A stretch of 64,000 nt of DNA, taken from NCBI GenBank assembly GCA_963699665.1, contig CAVOUR010000014.1, forward strand, positions 271,877 to 335,876, given 5' to 3'. Of this stretch, positions 8,454-16,550 are shown piece after piece. The notes under the pieces are model-generated. The model was not told where the DNA came from. It made no database searches and was given only the letters and a program-made list of their open reading frames with translations. The translations under genes and the position numbers were made by a program. The first letter of the stretch is position 1. Every line of letters starts with the position of its first letter. This DNA comes from an uncultured Alphaproteobacteria bacterium. GTDB taxonomy: Bacteria > Pseudomonadota > Alphaproteobacteria > Rhizobiales > Xanthobacteraceae.

Positions 8454-10823
8454 TTAGCTGATGGCGACCAGAAAGTCCTGGCCGATCCAGTCCTGCGCGG
8501 AGCGCCACTGAACGGTGAAATTGATCGACTGCGCATCCGACAGCGTGGCGGCGTCGAGTTCGACGCCGTGCAGGCCGAGCCCGGTATCCTGCGTCTCCGC
8601 ATCGGTAATATTCCGCCAGCCGTCCACCCCCCAATGCACGCGTGCCGGGCGCGGCAGCGCGATGATCAGCGCGATGCCGCGGCCGATCGAACCAATCGGC
8701 GCATGCAGGCACCAGACCGCGCGCTTGGCCTCGGCGCGCCGGCCGCGATAGCGCCGCCACACCGCCGCCGGCCGGTCGAACGGCGCGCCAAGCTGGCGCG
8801 ATATCATCAGCTTGACGAATTCGGCGTGCGCCCAGGCGAGCGGCATGGCTGAACCGGTCGGCTGGCCGGGGAAAAGCCGCCGCTCCGGGATCGCGGCGCT
8901 GTCCCAGACCTGCTCCGGCATCATGCCGCACGGCCCCGTCATCGCCGCCATCGCGTTGAGATAAGGCGTCGGATCGTTGCCGGCGGCCAGCTCGTAATGA
9001 CCGCGCTCGCCGGTGAGGAGCGGCCAGCCGCGGCCGCGGCCGCCGCCGTCGAACGGCCGGCCGTCGCTGTGCTCGCCGTAACCGTCGCCGTTGTAGCGAT
9101 GCCAGGTCGGGCCGTTCGGCGTGTCGATTTTCAGGAGCGCGTCGGCGACCACGATGCTGTCGCGAATGAGCGGATCGTCGGCGCTGCGCAGCCCGAACCG
9201 CACCAGCTGCAGGAAATCCACGCCGATCTCCTGGTCGGCCGGCACGTCGGCATCGCGGCGCCGGTTCTTGAGCGTCAGCATCGCCTGCAGCGATTGCGGA
9301 CGCGCCAGCACGTCGGGCGGCGCCACGCGGACATAATAGCCCGCGACGTTGAGCCGTTGCGCCAGCGCGGTGCCTTGCACCGTCAGCCACGCTTCGATCC
9401 GGTCATTCCAGAAATCGGCCAGCGCCAAGGCGAACTCTTGGGCGGCCGGCGCCAGGAACGCGGCACCGGCAACCAGCGCGGCGATGGCGGCTCCCAGCGT
9501 GAAGGCGTTGATGCCGGCGTTTTCCTCCCAGCGATCCTGCGGGGTCGAGGGGCCGGTGGTGGCGATGAAGCACAGGGCGCGCCGGATCATGTCGGCGACC
9601 ACGATGCCGTCGAGCGCGCCGCGCTCCGCCATGCTCGCCGCCAGCAGCACCGGGAGCGCGGTCTCGTCGAGCTGCAGGCCCGCCCAGTACGGCGTGCCGT
9701 CGAGCCACTGGTTCTGGTACCAGCTGCCGTCCGCCTTCTGGGTGGCGATGAGATAGCGCAGCGTGTTGCGCACCTCGGGTTCGGCGCCGAACGCCAGCAA
9801 CGCGGTGGCGCATTTCACCAGGTCGCGCGGCCAGACCAGATGGTAGCCGCCGCGATCGTCCCGGCTGTTGCCCCACGGCACGCTCAGGCTGGCGGTCATC
9901 GCTCCCGGATAGATCTTGTCGCGATGGGTCCGCAGCACCATGGACGACAAGATGAATTGCGCGCCCAGCGCATCCGTTTCGTCCGGCTGCAGCACGGCGT
10001 ACGCGCTGGAGCGGGCGTGCCACTGCCGCCAATCTTCGACCTGACGGTCGAGCAGCCGGTCGAACGGCTGCATCAGGCTCGATACCGCGAGCGTGGCGGC
10101 CGATTGCACGCTGCTGCCGAAGCCGAGCCCCAGCACCGCCTTGCGCGGCAGGGCGCCGATCAGCGCAACGTTGCCCGGACCGGCGCCGGCGTATTGCCAG
10201 GTGAGCGCGCCGTTGCGCTGGAAATCCTGGAAACCGTCGCTGTCGCCGACGTAACCGGCGCTGGCCGGGCCGAAGGCGTCCTGCTGGGCGTCGTCGACCG
10301 CCGCCAGCGCCAGCGCGAACGGGCCTTGCTCGGCGCCCAGAACCCGCCGCCCGCCGCAGCGCTGGATTTGCGCAAGGTTGTCGCGGCCTTCGGTGCCGAG
10401 CCGCGGCGCCAGCAGCACATAGGGCCGCAGCGCGGCATCGCCGTCGAGCGTCACCTCGATCGCCAACACGTCGCGATCGGCATCGGACGTGACGCGCAGC
10501 GTCAGCGTAAAGCGCGCGTGGCGATGCACCACTTCGACGGCGGGAGTGCCAGCGGCGATGAGCCGCAAACTGTAGTTTTCCAGGCGCTTCACCTCGGCCC
10601 AAAAGCCGGCGCCGTCGGCGACGATGAAACCGAGATCGCGGATCTGCGGGGTGTCGATGCGCGGATAATAGACTTCGTTGATGATGCCGAAGCCGAGCGT
10701 GAACCAGACGCGCGACGCGCCCAGCGCGCAGCCGACGACGTCCTTGGCGCTGCTGGTCCAGGTCGGCGCAATGCCCGGGGCGCCGGGCGCCTGGCCGGCC
10801 GGTTCACCGCTCAGTTCAACCAT
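8454..10823 (-). CDS. glycoside hydrolase family 15 glucoamylase/glucodextranase-type enzyme
   Basis: 789 aa. The sequence has the bacterial glucoamylase N-domain (…FGIINEVYYPRIDTPQIRDLGF…) and catalytic (alpha/alpha)6 motifs (…GGYHLVWPRDL…LQLDETALPVLL…). Confidence 0.85.
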   Translation of the reverse strand: MVELSGEPAGQAPGAPGIAPTWTSSAKDVVGCALGASRVWFTLGFGIINEVYYPRIDTPQIRDLGFIVADGAGFWAEVKRLENYSLRLIAAGTPAVEVVHRHARFTLTLRVTSDADRDVLAIEVTLDGDAALRPYVLLAPRLGTEGRDNLAQIQRCGGRRVLGAEQGPFALALAAVDDAQQDAFGPASAGYVGDSDGFQDFQRNGALTWQYAGAGPGNVALIGALPRKAVLGLGFGSSVQSAATLAVSSLMQPFDRLLDRQVEDWRQWHARSSAYAVLQPDETDALGAQFILSSMVLRTHRDKIYPGAMTASLSVPWGNSRDDRGGYHLVWPRDLVKCATALLAFGAEPEVRNTLRYLIATQKADGSWYQNQWLDGTPYWAGLQLDETALPVLLAASMAERGALDGIVVADMIRRALCFIATTGPSTPQDRWEENAGINAFTLGAAIAALVAGAAFLAPAAQEFALALADFWNDRIEAWLTVQGTALAQRLNVAGYYVRVAPPDVLARPQSLQAMLTLKNRRRDADVPADQEIGVDFLQLVRFGLRSADDPLIRDSIVVADALLKIDTPNGPTWHRYNGDGYGEHSDGRPFDGGGRGRGWPLLTGERGHYELAAGNDPTPYLNAMAAMTGPCGMMPEQVWDSAAIPERRLFPGQPTGSAMPLAWAHAEFVKLMISRQLGAPFDRPAAVWRRYRGRRAEAKRAVWCLHAPIGSIGRGIALIIALPRPARVHWGVDGWRNITDAETQDTGLGLHGVELDAATLSDAQSINFTVQWRSAQDWIGQDFLVAIS

Positions 10824-10829
10824 GCGAAA

Positions 10830-11744
10830 CTAATGCCCCCGCTCCAGCGCCGCGCGATCCCAGTTCGCCAGATCGGCCGCGGCCGCATAGGTCTCCTGCA
10901 AAAATCCGAGCAGGCGCGCATCGGGATCGCCGGCCTGCCGCACCGCGTCATACGGCAGGATGAACTGGCCGACGGTCTTGTCGTAAAACGCTTCGGGCGT
11001 TTGCAGCGGCGTCGCGCCATAGCCGGCCGGCTCCGGATAGGCATAGACGTAGAACGCGGCGCGGCCATAGCCGCCGTTGCCGGGCCAGAAGCCGCAGCTC
11101 GAGACCTCGTGCGAATAGGCTTCCGCCATCACCCAGTTCGCCACGTTGGGCGTCGCGCCTTTCGGCGGCGGCGCGGTGCGGCCGGAAAACCGCGTCACCG
11201 CCAGATCGAAGCTGCCCCAGAAGAAATGCACCGGGCTCGCCTTGCCGACGAAGCGGGAACGAAAGTCGTTCATCACCCGCGCCGACTGCAGCAGGGCCTG
11301 GTGGAAGCGCTCGACATAGTCGCGATCGTATTGGGCATGGGCGCGGTCGGCATCGAACGGCACGGCGTTCTCGATCTCGCTCGGCATGGTCCAGATCTGC
11401 ACGTCGATGCCGAGGCGATGCAGCCGCGCCATGAACGCGGCGTAGAAGTCGGCCACCGTCATCGGCCGCAGCGCGAAGCTTTCGCTGCGGCCGTCGCTCG
11501 CCGTGATGCGAAGCTCATGGTCGACGAAATCGAAAACGATGTCGAACGGCCGCCGGTCATAACAGTTCGCCGGCGCGACCAGGCCGCGCGCGCTCACCAG
11601 AAACGTGACGTTCCACCAGTGATTGATGAGCGGGGTGAGCGCAAGGCGGGTCTTGCCCGCGACCTGCGTCCAGCGATGCAGCGTCTCGCAGGTGTCGCTC
11701 CACGCCGCCAGCGGCAGGTCCGGCCATTGCGGCTTTGCGCTCAT
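10830..11744 (-). CDS. conserved hypothetical protein (I recall it as DUF5996-like)
   Basis: 304 aa. It is tightly packed between UbiD-1 (4-nt gap) and GH15 (6-nt gap). The family name is from memory only. Confidence 0.55.
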   Translation of the reverse strand: MSAKPQWPDLPLAAWSDTCETLHRWTQVAGKTRLALTPLINHWWNVTFLVSARGLVAPANCYDRRPFDIVFDFVDHELRITASDGRSESFALRPMTVADFYAAFMARLHRLGIDVQIWTMPSEIENAVPFDADRAHAQYDRDYVERFHQALLQSARVMNDFRSRFVGKASPVHFFWGSFDLAVTRFSGRTAPPPKGATPNVANWVMAEAYSHEVSSCGFWPGNGGYGRAAFYVYAYPEPAGYGATPLQTPEAFYDKTVGQFILPYDAVRQAGDPDARLLGFLQETYAAAADLANWDRAALERGH

Positions 11745-11748
11745 CCGT

Positions 11749-13275
11749 TCAGCCTTTCATCAGGTGCCCGAACTTCGCCGTCGCAATGCGCCGCTCCTCC
11801 GGCGACGGCATGTTGACCGCCGGAAACTTGTCGCGCCAGTGCCACGGCCGGCAGGCGTCGATCACGGCGCGGCTGTTGGTGAAATCGCCGGCCGCTTTGC
11901 GCTCCGGCTCGATGCGCGGGTCGAGCGGCGTCGACCAGGCGCCGCGGATGACGTCGATCGAGGTCGCCGGATCCGAGCGCGTGATCAGCGCCCAGATCAC
12001 CTCTTCCAGGTTCGACACGTCGATATCGTCGTCGACGACGATGACATAGCGCCCGCAATAGGCCCCGACATGGCACTGCGCGGCGATGTGGCCGGCCTGC
12101 TTGGCATGGCCCGGATAGCGCTGCGTCACCGCGACGGCGAGGAACAGCCGCGCATTGCCGACCTCGTGCGCCCACGCCGCGGCGACGCCGGGGACGCCGG
12201 CCTTGGCGATATTCTCGCGCAACAGCGCCGAGCGCACGATGGCGCGATAGCGGCAGATTTCGTCGGGCGGCCGCTGCGGCACGCAGCCGAGCAGGATCGG
12301 CGCGTCGCGATGATAGATCGCCTTGATGTCGATGACCGGTTCGGGCCGGTTATCGCTGGCGTAATAGCCGGTCCATTCGCCGAACGGCCCTTCCGGCCGC
12401 ACATGGTCCGGCTCGACAAAACCCTCGATGGCGATCTCGGCATTGGCGGGGATCGGCAGGCCGGTGACCGGCCCGCGGATGACCTCGACCGGCGCGCCGC
12501 GCATGCCGCCGATGATATCGAGCTCGCACACCCCGGCCGGCACCTCGCTCGATCCCATCAGGAAGCTCATCGGATCGCCGCCGGCGATGATGACGACCGG
12601 CATGCGCGCGCCGCGCGCGGCGTATTTGTCGCGCATCACCCGGCCGTGCTTGCCGGGCGAGATGTAGAAGCCCAGCGATTTCCGATCGTGGATCATGACC
12701 CGATAGGTGCCGCAATTGATCCAGCCGTCGTCCGGGTCGCGCATGATGTTGTAGCAGCCGGTGCCGATGTAGCGGCCGCCGTCCTGCGGATGCCATTGCG
12801 GCGCCGGGAAGCGGGTGACGTCGATCGCCGCGCCGGTCATGACGTTCGCCATCACCGGGCCGGACTCGACGTAGCGCGGCGCGATGCGCCGCTGCATGCC
12901 GGCGTGATTGACGCGGAAGCTTTCGCTCAGTTCGAGCTTGTTGAGCTCGGTGGAGAACCCGAGCGTCATCGCCTTGCGCTTGCCGGCGAAGAAGTTGACC
13001 AGAAGCCGGCTGCCGGCAAGCGTGCCCGGCACGTTGTCGAACAGAAAACACGGCGCGTCGTCGGCATGCGCCGACATTTCCGCCACCATGCCGATGTCGC
13101 ACTGATAGGAAAGTCCGCTGAGCTCCGTCACCTCGCCGAGCTTTTTCGCCTCTTCGAGCCATTGCCGCAGATCGTGATACGGCAGCAACGGCGCGGCGTT
13201 CGAACCGGGCTGCGGCGGCGCCGCGTCGCCCATTTCGGTCGCCATCGGATCGGGCATCACGCTCTGTTCCGCCAT
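11749..13275 (-). CDS. UbiD-family (prFMN-dependent) decarboxylase, paralogue 1
   Basis: 508 aa. Canonical UbiD motifs are present (…FPAPQWHPQDGGRYIGTG…EGPFGEWTGYY…VIVVDDDIDV…). Confidence 0.9.
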   Translation of the reverse strand: MAEQSVMPDPMATEMGDAAPPQPGSNAAPLLPYHDLRQWLEEAKKLGEVTELSGLSYQCDIGMVAEMSAHADDAPCFLFDNVPGTLAGSRLLVNFFAGKRKAMTLGFSTELNKLELSESFRVNHAGMQRRIAPRYVESGPVMANVMTGAAIDVTRFPAPQWHPQDGGRYIGTGCYNIMRDPDDGWINCGTYRVMIHDRKSLGFYISPGKHGRVMRDKYAARGARMPVVIIAGGDPMSFLMGSSEVPAGVCELDIIGGMRGAPVEVIRGPVTGLPIPANAEIAIEGFVEPDHVRPEGPFGEWTGYYASDNRPEPVIDIKAIYHRDAPILLGCVPQRPPDEICRYRAIVRSALLRENIAKAGVPGVAAAWAHEVGNARLFLAVAVTQRYPGHAKQAGHIAAQCHVGAYCGRYVIVVDDDIDVSNLEEVIWALITRSDPATSIDVIRGAWSTPLDPRIEPERKAAGDFTNSRAVIDACRPWHWRDKFPAVNMPSPEERRIATAKFGHLMKG

Positions 13276-13310
13276 CGGCCGGCCCCTTGACTTGTCTTGC
13301 GTTCGCGCGA

Positions 13311-13333
13311 AATGCTTATATTGCTAAGGAATT
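13311..13333 (+). promoter_or_regulatory. candidate operator: AATGCTTATATTGCTAAGGAATT in the UbiD-1 / AMP-ligase divergent promoter
   Basis: 19/23 identical to 19051..19073, and in the same orientation relative to the UbiD gene. It is an AT-rich island in GC-rich DNA with an imperfect dyad ATTnCTnAGnAAT. Confidence 0.5.
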
Positions 13334-13351
13334 GACCGGGACCATCCTACC

Positions 13352-14959
13352 ATGCAGGCCGACGCCGGCTCAAACCTGCTGCAGACCTGGATCGCGCGCG
13401 CCGCCGCCGCGGCGCCCGGCAAGGCCTGGGTGGTATCGGCCGACGACGGCCGCACCGTCGGCTACGGCGCCTTGCGCGAGGTTTGCGGGCGCTTTGCCGC
13501 GCTGCTGTGTGCGCGCGGCATCGGGCCCAACGACCGCGTCGCGCTCCTGGCCAACAATTCGATCGAGCAGTTGCTGGCTTATTTCGGCGTGATGGCCGCC
13601 GGCGCCACGGTCTGCACCATTCACATCGAGATGAATCGCAACCAGCTCGGCAATATTTTCGCCCGGCTCAAGCCGAAGCTCATTCTCTACCAGGACGGCC
13701 TGCAGCTCGACGATCTGCTGGCCGCAACCGCGGTGCCGCAGCTGCGGCTCGGCCGCTTCGACAAGCCGGAGCCGGACACGCTGTTCGCCGCGCTGCCGCG
13801 CCGTGCGCCGGGCGAGCCAATATCAACAAACCCTCCCCCGCTGGCGGGGCAGAAAATATCAACAAACCCTCCCCCGCTGGCGGGGGAGGGCAGGGTGGGG
13901 GCCGGCCCCGACGATGACGCGGTGATCCTGTTCACCTCCGGCACCAGCGCCCAGCCGAAGGGCGTGGTGCTGAATTTCCGCGAATACCTTGCCAACATCG
14001 ATCCGCTGGCGGACGGCTTCGCCATCACGGCGGACGACCGCCTGTATGACTTCCGTCCGTTCAGCTGGGCCTCGGCGCAGCTTCTCGGCGCGCTCGCCGT
14101 GGTCAATCGCGGCGCCACCCTGGTGCTGGCGGAAAAGTTCTCGGCCAGCCGGTTCTTCCACCATCTGCGCGATCACGACGTCACCATCGCGGCCGGCAAT
14201 CCGACGGTGATCAACATTCTCCTCAACGGCGACGGTACCGCGCATCGCGACAACCTGCCGAAGCTGCGCTTTGTCACCTCGAGTTCGGCGCCGCTGTTGC
14301 TCGCGGAATGGAAACGCTTCGAAGAAAAATTCGGCATCCCGATCGCGCAGGGCTGCGGCGCCAGCGAGGTGAGCTGGATCGCCGCCGTGCCGGGCGAAGC
14401 GCGTCGGCTCGGCACCGTCGGCCGGCCGTTCGCCTACCACGACGTCGCCATCGTCGACGCCGCCGGCGCGCGCCTGCCGGCCGGCGAAATCGGCTATGTC
14501 GAGCTCGGCGGCTGGCCCGACCATCCGTTCCGCTATCTGGGCGACGACGGCGAAACCAAAATCCACTGTCGCGGCCGCATCCGCACCGGCGATCTCGGCT
14601 GTCTCGACGCCGACGGCTTCCTGATGCTCACCGGCCGCGACAAGGAACAGATCATCCGCGGCGGCGCCAAGATCTCGCCGGTCGAGATCGACACCGCCCT
14701 GATGCAACACGCCGACCTCATCGAGGCCGCCACCGTCGGCGTGCCCGACCCGGTCTACGGCGAGGAAGTGGTGAGCTACGTGGTGACGCGGCCGGGCGCC
14801 ACCGTCGATGCCGACGACCTCATCCGCTACTGCCGCAGCGTGCTGCCGGCCTTCAAGGCGCCGAAGCGCATCGTGATCTCTGACGCGCTGCCGAAGACCG
14901 AGCGCGGCAAGCTCGACCGGAAGGCGCTGGCGGCGAGGTGGAGAAGCAGCGCGAGTTGA
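13352..14959 (+). CDS. AMP-dependent synthetase/ligase (acyl- or aryl-CoA ligase family)
   Basis: 535 aa. It carries the adenylate-forming P-loop ILFTSGTSAQPKGVV and C-terminal …GDLG…GRDKEQIIRGGAKISP…KAPKRI…. Confidence 0.9.
   Translation: MQADAGSNLLQTWIARAAAAAPGKAWVVSADDGRTVGYGALREVCGRFAALLCARGIGPNDRVALLANNSIEQLLAYFGVMAAGATVCTIHIEMNRNQLGNIFARLKPKLILYQDGLQLDDLLAATAVPQLRLGRFDKPEPDTLFAALPRRAPGEPISTNPPPLAGQKISTNPPPLAGEGRVGAGPDDDAVILFTSGTSAQPKGVVLNFREYLANIDPLADGFAITADDRLYDFRPFSWASAQLLGALAVVNRGATLVLAEKFSASRFFHHLRDHDVTIAAGNPTVINILLNGDGTAHRDNLPKLRFVTSSSAPLLLAEWKRFEEKFGIPIAQGCGASEVSWIAAVPGEARRLGTVGRPFAYHDVAIVDAAGARLPAGEIGYVELGGWPDHPFRYLGDDGETKIHCRGRIRTGDLGCLDADGFLMLTGRDKEQIIRGGAKISPVEIDTALMQHADLIEAATVGVPDPVYGEEVVSYVVTRPGATVDADDLIRYCRSVLPAFKAPKRIVISDALPKTERGKLDRKALAARWRSSAS
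13819..13890 (+). repeat. 36-bp tandem duplication containing a REP-like hairpin (CCCTCCCCCGCTGGCGGGGGAGGG), in-frame inside the AMP-ligase CDS
   Basis: Unit AATATCAACAAACCCTCCCCCGCTGGCGGGG occurs at 13819 and again at 13855. It encodes (E/Q)(P/K)ISTNPPPLAG twice, just upstream of the P-loop. Confidence 0.85.
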
Positions 14960-14967
14960 AAAAATCC

Positions 14968-15055
14968 GTAGCCCGGATGGAGCGAAGCGCAATCCGGGAG
15001 CGGCGCCCGAGCGGCACCGTCGTCCCCGGATTTCGCTGCGCTTCATCCGGGCTAC
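14968..15055. repeat. REP-like inverted repeat (two ~31-bp arms, GTAGCCCGGATG.AGCG…AATCCGGG)
   Basis: The left arm 14968..14998 and the right arm 15025..15055 are near-perfect reverse complements. The element lies immediately after the ligase stop codon. Confidence 0.75.
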
Positions 15056-15093
15056 ATTTGCTGATCCGCCATCCGGCCAGCAGCAGTTCACGA

Positions 15094-15312
15094 ATGACCG
15101 AAAGCCAGCCCCTGTTGCGTTTCAGTATTTATCGCGCGGATATCCATGCCGGCGAGGGCGGATATGTTGCCGAGGCGCGGTACCGCACGATCGCCGAAGT
15201 CCTCGCCCACCCGTACCGGCCTGACGAGGAATACCAGATACATCTGCATGGCCTGAGACGTTGGATGGACAGGCGAGCGTTCGAAAAATGGGCAGCGAAG
15301 CAAGCCCGTTAG
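15094..15312 (+). CDS. hypothetical small protein (72 aa)
   Basis: An ATG-initiated ORF with no clear RBS and no recognised family. Confidence 0.25.
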   Translation: MTESQPLLRFSIYRADIHAGEGGYVAEARYRTIAEVLAHPYRPDEEYQIHLHGLRRWMDRRAFEKWAAKQAR

Positions 15313-15601
15313 CCGGCGGTCGTAAGCGATATCGTCCCTGTAAATGCGACAAAGTTCTTGACATCGTCCCCAATATAGTGACATAAGGTCCCCATCTCGC
15401 TCATCGACGGGCGCCTTCGGCCGAGGGTACTCACGAAAGCGGAGCGAGTGCGGTGCCCGCGCGCGGAAGGATACGGTCCGCTCCCGGGCAGCTTCGGGCA
15501 TCACGCTCGCCGGTACTACGGCCGGCGCGGGAGGTGCTTTCCCTGGACTGGGACCGGCAGGGGCGGGTAACGCCCGCCCAGCAAATGGCCGGTTGTTCGT
15601 G

Positions 15602-15652
15602 GCGCATGATCTCTGTTCGGAAAACCGGCTTCCACTTTTCCGGATCATGCGC
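15602..15652. repeat. dispersed palindromic repeat, family GCAYGATC…TTCGGAAAACCGG…TTTCCGGATCATGC (copy 1 of 4)
   Basis: The terminal inverted repeats are GCGCATGATC / GATCATGCGC. Related copies lie at 24321..24369, 43300..43348 and 52839..52883. Confidence 0.7.
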
Positions 15653-15971
15653 AGGCGGCCGCGTCCCAGGAAGCCTGGCCTGAAGCTGCGCGAAAGGGGC
15701 AAAAGCCCCCTGGCAAGAACCGCGGTGAGACGCCGACAGGCGAGCGCACCCCTCCCTGCCCTGCCCCGCAACCGGGGGAGGAAGAGAGCAAAGGGCGCGC
15801 TGCCGCATCCGGTTGATGCGGCCAATGGTTGGAGTGCGCCTGTCGGCGTTTCGCCCCCATTTTCTTCCCCATCCCTCCGAGAGAAGGAGAGCGGGGCGGA
15901 AATGGGAGATCAAACAAAACTCGGGCGCCGCTGCGTCGCGGGAACGATGGGGCTTGGCGAGTTCGCGAGTG

Positions 15972-16020
15972 GCGAATAGCGAATAGCGAATAGCGAATAG
16001 CGAATAGCGAATAGCGAATA
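15972..16020. repeat. perfect tandem heptamer array (GCGAATA) x7
   Basis: Read directly from the sequence. It forms the left arm of a larger imperfect inverted repeat with 16041..16070 (CATTCGC CATTTGC CATTCGC CACTCGC). Confidence 0.95.
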
Positions 16021-16083
16021 ACAAGTCGGCCGAACACTTTCCATTCGCCATTTGCCATTCGCCACTCGCCACAGGGAGTCACT

Positions 16084-16416
16084 TTGGCCATCACACCCGA
16101 GCAATACGTGCGGCGGTTCGAGGCCGAGGAAGCCGTGCTCAAGCGCGCCTATTGCACCCTGTTCGGCTTCTGGCGGGACTGTCCGTTCAAACGCTGCCGC
16201 AGGGCGCGATGCTGCGTCGGCGATCAGGGCGCTTGCCTGCAACGCCGCGTGGGCGAGGTCCCGCTGCACGCGCAATGGCGCGCGCGCCAGCAGCTCATCG
16301 CCGCCACGCCGGCGACTGCCGGGCCGCCCGAGCGCATGGCACGCGAATGCATGCCGACGGCGTTTTTCGAACTGGCGGCAAACCGCGAGCGCCGGCGCTC
16401 AGGGTCGGGGATGTGA
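16084..16416 (+). CDS. hypothetical Cys-rich small protein (110 aa)
   Basis: TTG start with AGGGAG at 16072..16077. The sequence includes …CPFKRCRRARCCVGDQGACL…. No family is recognised. Confidence 0.35.
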   Translation: MAITPEQYVRRFEAEEAVLKRAYCTLFGFWRDCPFKRCRRARCCVGDQGACLQRRVGEVPLHAQWRARQQLIAATPATAGPPERMARECMPTAFFELAANRERRRSGSGM

Positions 16417-16435
16417 GGCGCGGCGGGGCCTTCTG

Positions 16436-16490
16436 CATCCGCCCCCGCGAAGCGGGGGAGGGGGACCACGCGGAGCGTGGTGGAGGGGGC
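16436..16490. repeat. GC-rich REP-like element, same family as 544..610
   Basis: The sequence is ATCCGCCCCCGCGAAGCGGGGGAGGGGGACC-acgcggagcgt-GGTGGAGGGGGC. Confidence 0.6.
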
Positions 16491-16550
16491 CTCGGCCGCA
16501 AAGCTTGCGTCAGCGATGCGGCAAGCCGCTCTGCCGCACGCCCATTCGTT

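Noticed and set aside
8997-11816. 939-aa + strand ORF
   Set aside because: It lies antisense to the GH15 and DUF-protein genes, both of which have recognisable family sequence. Its composition is dominated by R/A/G/V/D runs.
11623-13290. 555-aa + strand ORF
   Set aside because: It lies antisense to UbiD-1, which has canonical UbiD motifs.
15356-15600. Possible structured ncRNA or riboswitch downstream of a TTGACA…TATAGT-like sequence
   Set aside because: The -35/-10 spacing is wrong, at about 10 nt. I could not match the GC-rich stems to any riboswitch or sRNA consensus I know. There is no downstream gene, and the region is full of REP-like elements. A cmscan would be needed.
13819-16070. 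Possible CRISPR array (the 36-bp duplication and the heptamer tandem repeats)
   Set aside because: The units are 36 bp x2 with no spacer, and 7 bp x7. There is no repeat-spacer organisation and no cas genes anywhere in the window.
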